In this document: in pieces, positions 59,514 through 64,000 of the stretch
How the letters are laid out: each line of letters starts with the position of its first letter
How positions within the stretch are numbered: the stretch's first letter is position 1
Assembly: GCA_021513715.1 (NCBI GenBank)
Contig: CP084167.1
Location: 832,001-896,000, forward strand
DNA from: Candidatus Heimdallarchaeum endolithica
Lineage (GTDB): Archaea > Asgardarchaeota > Heimdallarchaeia > Heimdallarchaeales > Heimdallarchaeaceae
DNA length: 64,000 nt
Reading direction: 5' to 3'
The notes under the pieces: generated by a model
Seen by the model: the letters and a program-made list of their open reading frames with translations, nothing else
Told to the model about the DNA's origin: nothing
Database searches by the model: none
Translations under genes and position numbers: made by a program

Positions 59514-59849
59514 TCAGAATGTTAGTTGATGCCACCCTTCTTTAAGCATTTCAGTAACTAATGTACCAACATTCTTTACTTCCACGCCTAATTTTTCTAA
59601 TTTTTCGCTTACACCAAAATCATCACTACAAGCTTTACAAGCAATTACTTCTACACCCGCATTCAACAAACTTATTACATATTCTTGAAAATTTTTATCT
59701 TCAGCAGCTTTTTTTTCTGTAGGGCCCCAAAGTATAACACGAACTTCTTCCATCCATTTATGCTTTTTTGCATTAATGGCATAAGGAAAACTGGCTTCTT
59801 GGTGAATTATAACATCTCCACTTGTCAGAATTAAAAAAACTTTATTCAT
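59514..59849 (-). CDS. DsrE-family protein
   Basis: Motifs VRVILWGP and GVEVIACKACSD.FGV. Confidence 0.85.
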   Translation of the reverse strand: MNKVFLILTSGDVIIHQEASFPYAINAKKHKWMEEVRVILWGPTEKKAAEDKNFQEYVISLLNAGVEVIACKACSDDFGVSEKLEKLGVEVKNVGTLVTEMLKEGWHQLTF

Positions 59850-59926
59850 ACAAAAATCTTTGAACCTAACTTTTATTCTTTTTCAAAGATACAAATACAT
59901 TAGTTCTAGTTTTTGTTTGCATTTCT

Positions 59927-61018
59927 CTATTCTTTAACGCTTTCTAATATTATTTTAGTCAATTCTTCAGCTCTTAAACTTTCTATTTTATTTTCTTCAA
60001 TTTTGTAAAAACTTTCTATCTTTTGCTTTACTAATGTGTGTGATAATTCAGTTCCGACGAGAGCTTCTTCTAATTCTGAAAGATTAAAAGGGTTCTTAGT
60101 AAAGAAGTCTCCTGTTATTGCTATATCAACTATTTTATTATTTTCAATTTGAAAATAGAGAGATAAAAGTCCTCCTTTAGTTTTTACTTCTTTAAAGAAA
60201 CATCTTACTCCTGACTTTATCTTAAGAGAGATTAAATCTTTATGTCTTCTTTCTACATAATTCATCCATTCTCCAGTCTGACAATATTGATTTAACTTTT
60301 GCATCTCATTTTTTTCTAACTCTGTTAATGGACCTATTTCAAGGTTTATTCCTAGAATATCCTCAAACTCTTTCTTAAAATTGTAAATCATATCTAGTTT
60401 ATCAGGAATATAACCTAGAAAATACTTTATACTTCCTATTCTTTCTTCTAATGTCTTAGCTATTTTATCTCTAAATTTCTCATCAGGTACTTCTAGTATT
60501 CTAGACATTTCTTTTACAGGAAAATCAAGAATAAAGTTTCCTACTAAGACTGTTGAACTTTCTATTGCACTCGCTCCATTTCCACTAATCTTTTTATTTA
60601 GAGCAACTATATCATTTAATGGTTGGTATTTTGCTGGAATACCTAAATATCTATAGGTAGAAACAACTGGTTGTAAAAAATGCTCGAACAACTCTTTAAC
60701 AGAAAAAGGATAACTATTCTTATCAAAAACTAGTTGATAGAATAGTTGATTTTGATCTAAATATACTGCTCCTCCTCCTGTTATTCTTCTGATTAAAGGA
60801 ATGCTCATTTCTGTAATTTTATCTATATCAACTACTAGATCTCTAACTTGATGTATACCTATAGAAACATATGGTTTTTTTGGCCAAGTGAGTATAAGAG
60901 TATTAGGAGAGTTAAGTTTAGACTTAACCTTAGCTATTGCATGGTAAATTGTTTGGGTATCAAGAGGGGGGAGATCTGGTAAAACAATTAATCTCCAATT
61001 GTCTTTCATTTTAATCAA
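59927..61018 (-). CDS. lplA: Lipoate-protein ligase (LplA catalytic domain plus C-terminal accessory domain)
   Basis: Motifs RRITGGGAVYLD and NDI....KKISGNG; C-terminal KTKGGL...ITGDFF. Confidence 0.88.
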   Translation of the reverse strand: MIKMKDNWRLIVLPDLPPLDTQTIYHAIAKVKSKLNSPNTLILTWPKKPYVSIGIHQVRDLVVDIDKITEMSIPLIRRITGGGAVYLDQNQLFYQLVFDKNSYPFSVKELFEHFLQPVVSTYRYLGIPAKYQPLNDIVALNKKISGNGASAIESSTVLVGNFILDFPVKEMSRILEVPDEKFRDKIAKTLEERIGSIKYFLGYIPDKLDMIYNFKKEFEDILGINLEIGPLTELEKNEMQKLNQYCQTGEWMNYVERRHKDLISLKIKSGVRCFFKEVKTKGGLLSLYFQIENNKIVDIAITGDFFTKNPFNLSELEEALVGTELSHTLVKQKIESFYKIEENKIESLRAEELTKIILESVKE

Positions 61019-61021
61019 TGT

Positions 61022-61717
61022 TTAGCTTACTTTTACAAGTGACCATGATATTTCATTGGATAGGAATAAGATGGGAAACTCATTTACATCGATTAAAATC
61101 ACTCTCCCGAAACTAATTTTATAGTTTCCATCTGTTTTTTCTATGTTTGCATTAAAATTCACTGTGATTATATATTTTAATTGTACTCCTCTACTGTCTA
61201 TTTCGCCCATAATGTTATTGATAGACGGATATTGACCTGTAGCAAAAGTAGAATATGCATCTGTTTCAATATCTAACTTAACAAACATAAAAGTGCTTGA
61301 ACCGTTTAATGTAGCATTATATTCTGAATAAAAGGTGTCTGTATTGTTATCCCACAAACTGATTCTCATTGTTAAATTAAAGATGTGAATATTCTTTTTG
61401 AATCCTCCATAATTTTGAGTATCTACTGTTGCGAGGAAGTTTTCTTCTTCTTTAATAAGATCTGTGAGATTATTTATGTAACTTAGTTCAGGAAGAGCAC
61501 CAAGAGAAGACCAATAGCTTGAACTTCCATTTATCTTAGCAGTATCATTTAATATTATTGCACTTCTTCCGTCTTGAACTGCATCTATAATATTTATTTC
61601 AGAATAAAATTGCTCAGGAGTGGGAGGAACAGTGCTATAATGTATCAATATAATTGGTAAACCTAGTAGGAGAAAACCCAAAACAATTATGAAAAAGTTG
61701 AAACTTGAGTTACTCAT
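61022..61717 (-). CDS. Hypothetical membrane-anchored extracellular protein
   Basis: N-terminal TM helix; several N-x-S/T sequons. Confidence 0.65.
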   Translation of the reverse strand: MSNSSFNFFIIVLGFLLLGLPIILIHYSTVPPTPEQFYSEINIIDAVQDGRSAIILNDTAKINGSSSYWSSLGALPELSYINNLTDLIKEEENFLATVDTQNYGGFKKNIHIFNLTMRISLWDNNTDTFYSEYNATLNGSSTFMFVKLDIETDAYSTFATGQYPSINNIMGEIDSRGVQLKYIITVNFNANIEKTDGNYKISFGRVILIDVNEFPILFLSNEISWSLVKVS

Positions 61718-61794
61718 AAATAGTATAAGAATCTTATAGTTAAAAAATCTTATCTTTCAAAAAACTATAAAAAATTATGAAAAGAGAGAGTAGT

Positions 61795-63066
61795 TTAGTT
61801 TACTCTCTTTCTTACCTTTGACATAATAAGATTAACAGTAAAAACAACAACAAACAAAGCGAGAGTCCCCATAAAATAATAAACTGAGGGGTTTTTAATG
61901 AAAGTATAGATACCAAAATATGCATTTGTCCACCTAAAACCATCTTTAGAAAAGTAGAAAGCTATTTCTCGTGTTTGTTTATTAGACTCTACACTTGGTC
62001 CTTGTTCTGCTGCAACCACTACATTATCTCTAAATGTTGTAACTGAAGGAACTCGTTCATAATATCCATCGTGATAAGGTGATGATATGTTATGAAATTC
62101 GAGAGTTTCTTGTTTTGATAAATCTTCTATCCAAAATCCCCATAGAAACATCTCATAGCGATGAGCCTTATTAATAGTTGTATTGCTAATATCTTGAGCA
62201 ACAACATAGAAACCATCATTCCATCTTGTTATTGATGGATATAGATAACCCACATTCTGAGCTACAACTTCAGTCAAGTTTGCATCAGTCAAGTCTAATT
62301 GAAAAGGTGCTCCTACAGATATACCTGAACTAAAAGAACTGCCATCTACTGTTGTTGTTATTTTAACAAGATTATTTTCAGTATAAGCAACATATAAGAG
62401 ATTATTATATGCATATAAATTAAAGTCACTTCCCAAACTAATAGAAAGTGAGGTTACATCTGTACTATTTTCGAAAGTTTGTAAATTATAACGAACCATT
62501 TTTGTGAAAATTCTAGTTTGTACTATTACTTTTACCTCATAACTAAAGAATAACACTAACTCGTCATTGAGAACAGCAGAATCAAACCATACAAAATCCT
62601 TACTAAAAGCTGTAGAATTACCTAATACAACATAATTGCTCCAAGTTTTTCCATCGTCATCAGAATACTGCAAGAAGAAATATGTAAAATCAGTATCATT
62701 TCGTTCTATTGCAAAAACAAGCATAGTTCGTCCATTATAGTAGAAAGCATCAATTTTTTGGACCTTAAAGAGAGTTTTATTGATCACAAATTTCGTTGGA
62801 GTAATTAATACTTCCTCTGTATCATGAGTCTTAAATTCTGTTACAGTTAAATAACAAGGCCTTGCGTAAATTTCTGAGCTCACGTCTCTCCCTGAATCTT
62901 CCCCTATTTTATTATAAATTAACAAATATTGTTCAGGGGAAGTTTCAATAAAATGAGGACTTTTTTCGTGATAAAGGATTTTTGCTTTGGCTACATAAGG
63001 ATTAAATGCGTTAAGAAGTATAACGAATATTGAAAATAAAACAATTTTTTTCACTGCTCTTCTCAT
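61795..63066 (-). CDS. Secreted BNR/Asp-box (sialidase-like propeller) protein with C-terminal anchor
   Basis: Signal peptide; Asp-boxes YSDDDGKTW, TTVDGSSF and FSKDGFRW; C-terminal TM followed by KVRKR. Confidence 0.75.
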   Translation of the reverse strand: MRRAVKKIVLFSIFVILLNAFNPYVAKAKILYHEKSPHFIETSPEQYLLIYNKIGEDSGRDVSSEIYARPCYLTVTEFKTHDTEEVLITPTKFVINKTLFKVQKIDAFYYNGRTMLVFAIERNDTDFTYFFLQYSDDDGKTWSNYVVLGNSTAFSKDFVWFDSAVLNDELVLFFSYEVKVIVQTRIFTKMVRYNLQTFENSTDVTSLSISLGSDFNLYAYNNLLYVAYTENNLVKITTTVDGSSFSSGISVGAPFQLDLTDANLTEVVAQNVGYLYPSITRWNDGFYVVAQDISNTTINKAHRYEMFLWGFWIEDLSKQETLEFHNISSPYHDGYYERVPSVTTFRDNVVVAAEQGPSVESNKQTREIAFYFSKDGFRWTNAYFGIYTFIKNPSVYYFMGTLALFVVVFTVNLIMSKVRKRVN

Positions 63067-63386
63067 TTACTAAACACCACTAAACTTACAACCTAATTCA
63101 AATTGAAATATATATAAGTTTTGTCAAAGAATTTTATTATAAATCTAAAGAGAAATTTACTCTCTATTTTTGATAATTAGGTGGTTATACTTACTTTATT
63201 AAGTACTACATATTTTGTTTTCATTTAGTTACAGTAGAAGAGTGATCAACATTCTCATTCTATTAAGTTAAGTTTTCTCTTCTTAAAAAACAGATAATAA
63301 ACAAATTTAGAACAGTTTAAAATAGACAAAATAACAAAAATAGTAGAATCAAATAGAATTTAATTTTATATATAAAACAAAATCTT

Positions 63387-63620
63387 CTATGAGATAATAC
63401 GAATATAAGCTTTAAACCCTAGATAGTTTAAAGAGCGGACAACTTTATTTCTATTAATTATTGTTGGATTTAGTTTAACTTTTACATTTTTTGCTTGAAA
63501 ATCTACCGTGCTGTCTGTAATTCCTTCTAAATATTTCAAAGTTGTTGCAATTGTCTTTGCACAATTTTTACAGTGGATATCTGGAACAGCTATCGTTAAT
63601 TCTTCTTCAAATTCAGTCAT
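63387..63620 (-). CDS. Heavy-metal-associated (HMA, CopZ-like) protein
   Basis: DIHCKNC metal-binding motif with a ferredoxin-like pattern. Confidence 0.88.
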   Translation of the reverse strand: MTEFEEELTIAVPDIHCKNCAKTIATTLKYLEGITDSTVDFQAKNVKVKLNPTIINRNKVVRSLNYLGFKAYIRIIS

Positions 63621-63815
63621 TTAATCATCTCAAGATAACATATTTTTAAACCCTTTTTAAAGTTGGGATGGTACTATATTGTAAAAGGAAAGATATAAAA
63701 TCTGACTGTTATTTTATACATTTGTAATCTACTTTAATTAACCACAAGGGTGAATTAGACTAAACGTTTAACAATTAAGAAACATTTTTCACTTAGAAAG
63801 TGGAGAGCTGTAAAA

Positions 63816-64000
63816 TTGCAATATTATATTCCTGAATGGGATGATCTAGTTAGTTCGAAGTATGACTACTGGAATGATGTTGAGTTACCTAACTCAAAAA
63901 AGGTTTACGCACATGAGATATACCCTAAACCAAATTATGATGGAATTTTAGTATCAAGAATGAAAATAGAAGAGAGTAAATCAAAAATTGAAAAGATAAA
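63816..64000 (+). CDS. dpdA: DpdA-like tRNA-guanine transglycosylase homolog, 5' fragment (runs off the window)
   Basis: TTG start after GGAGAG; open to the window end: (M)QYYIPEWDDLVSSKYDYWNDVELPNSKKVYAHEIYPKPNYDGILVSRMKIEESKSKIEKI. This matches my recollection of the DpdA N-terminal pattern FP(D/E)..D....YD...D...YAHE....YDG.LVS. Confidence 0.65.
   Translation, partial: MQYYIPEWDDLVSSKYDYWNDVELPNSKKVYAHEIYPKPNYDGILVSRMKIEESKSKIEKI

Noticed and set aside
1-64000. tRNA, rRNA, SRP or RNase P genes
   Set aside because: No GC-rich structured segment or tRNA T-loop/cloverleaf was recognised by eye. A tRNAscan-SE/Infernal run would be needed to exclude them formally.

Overview
A very AT-rich (roughly 30% GC by eye), gene-dense archaeal chromosomal segment. 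It almost certainly comes from an Asgard archaeon, probably Heimdallarchaeia-like. This is inferred from archaeal markers (XPB-Bax1, ADP-forming acyl-CoA synthetase, AF0577-type radical SAM, TATA/BRE promoters) occurring together with eukaryotic-signature proteins. Most genes are for peptide and amino-acid catabolism, transport and redox. There are three tandem paralog pairs (DUF3160, family-5 substrate-binding proteins, ArsB/NhaD permeases), two near-identical 1002-bp IS5-like elements and a perfect intragenic 27-bp tandem repeat. I recognised no rRNA, tRNA or CRISPR array. Main signals: (1) an Arf/Rag-like GTPase fused to a longin/roadblock domain, 2.7 kb from a longin plus folliculin/DENN-like protein; (2) a two-component response regulator whose output looks like a C9orf72/NPRL2-type uDENN-longin; (3) a DpdA-like (7-deazaguanine DNA modification) gene, absent from the ORF track, starting at 63816; (4) a cytoplasmic reductive dehalogenase with an ABCE1-type Fe-S N-terminus; (5) circularly permuted OppA-like proteins, one with a 1-nt frameshift in its signal peptide; (6) an orphan ParB two-gene cassette with upstream repeats. 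All family calls rest on motif recognition from memory, not on database searches.
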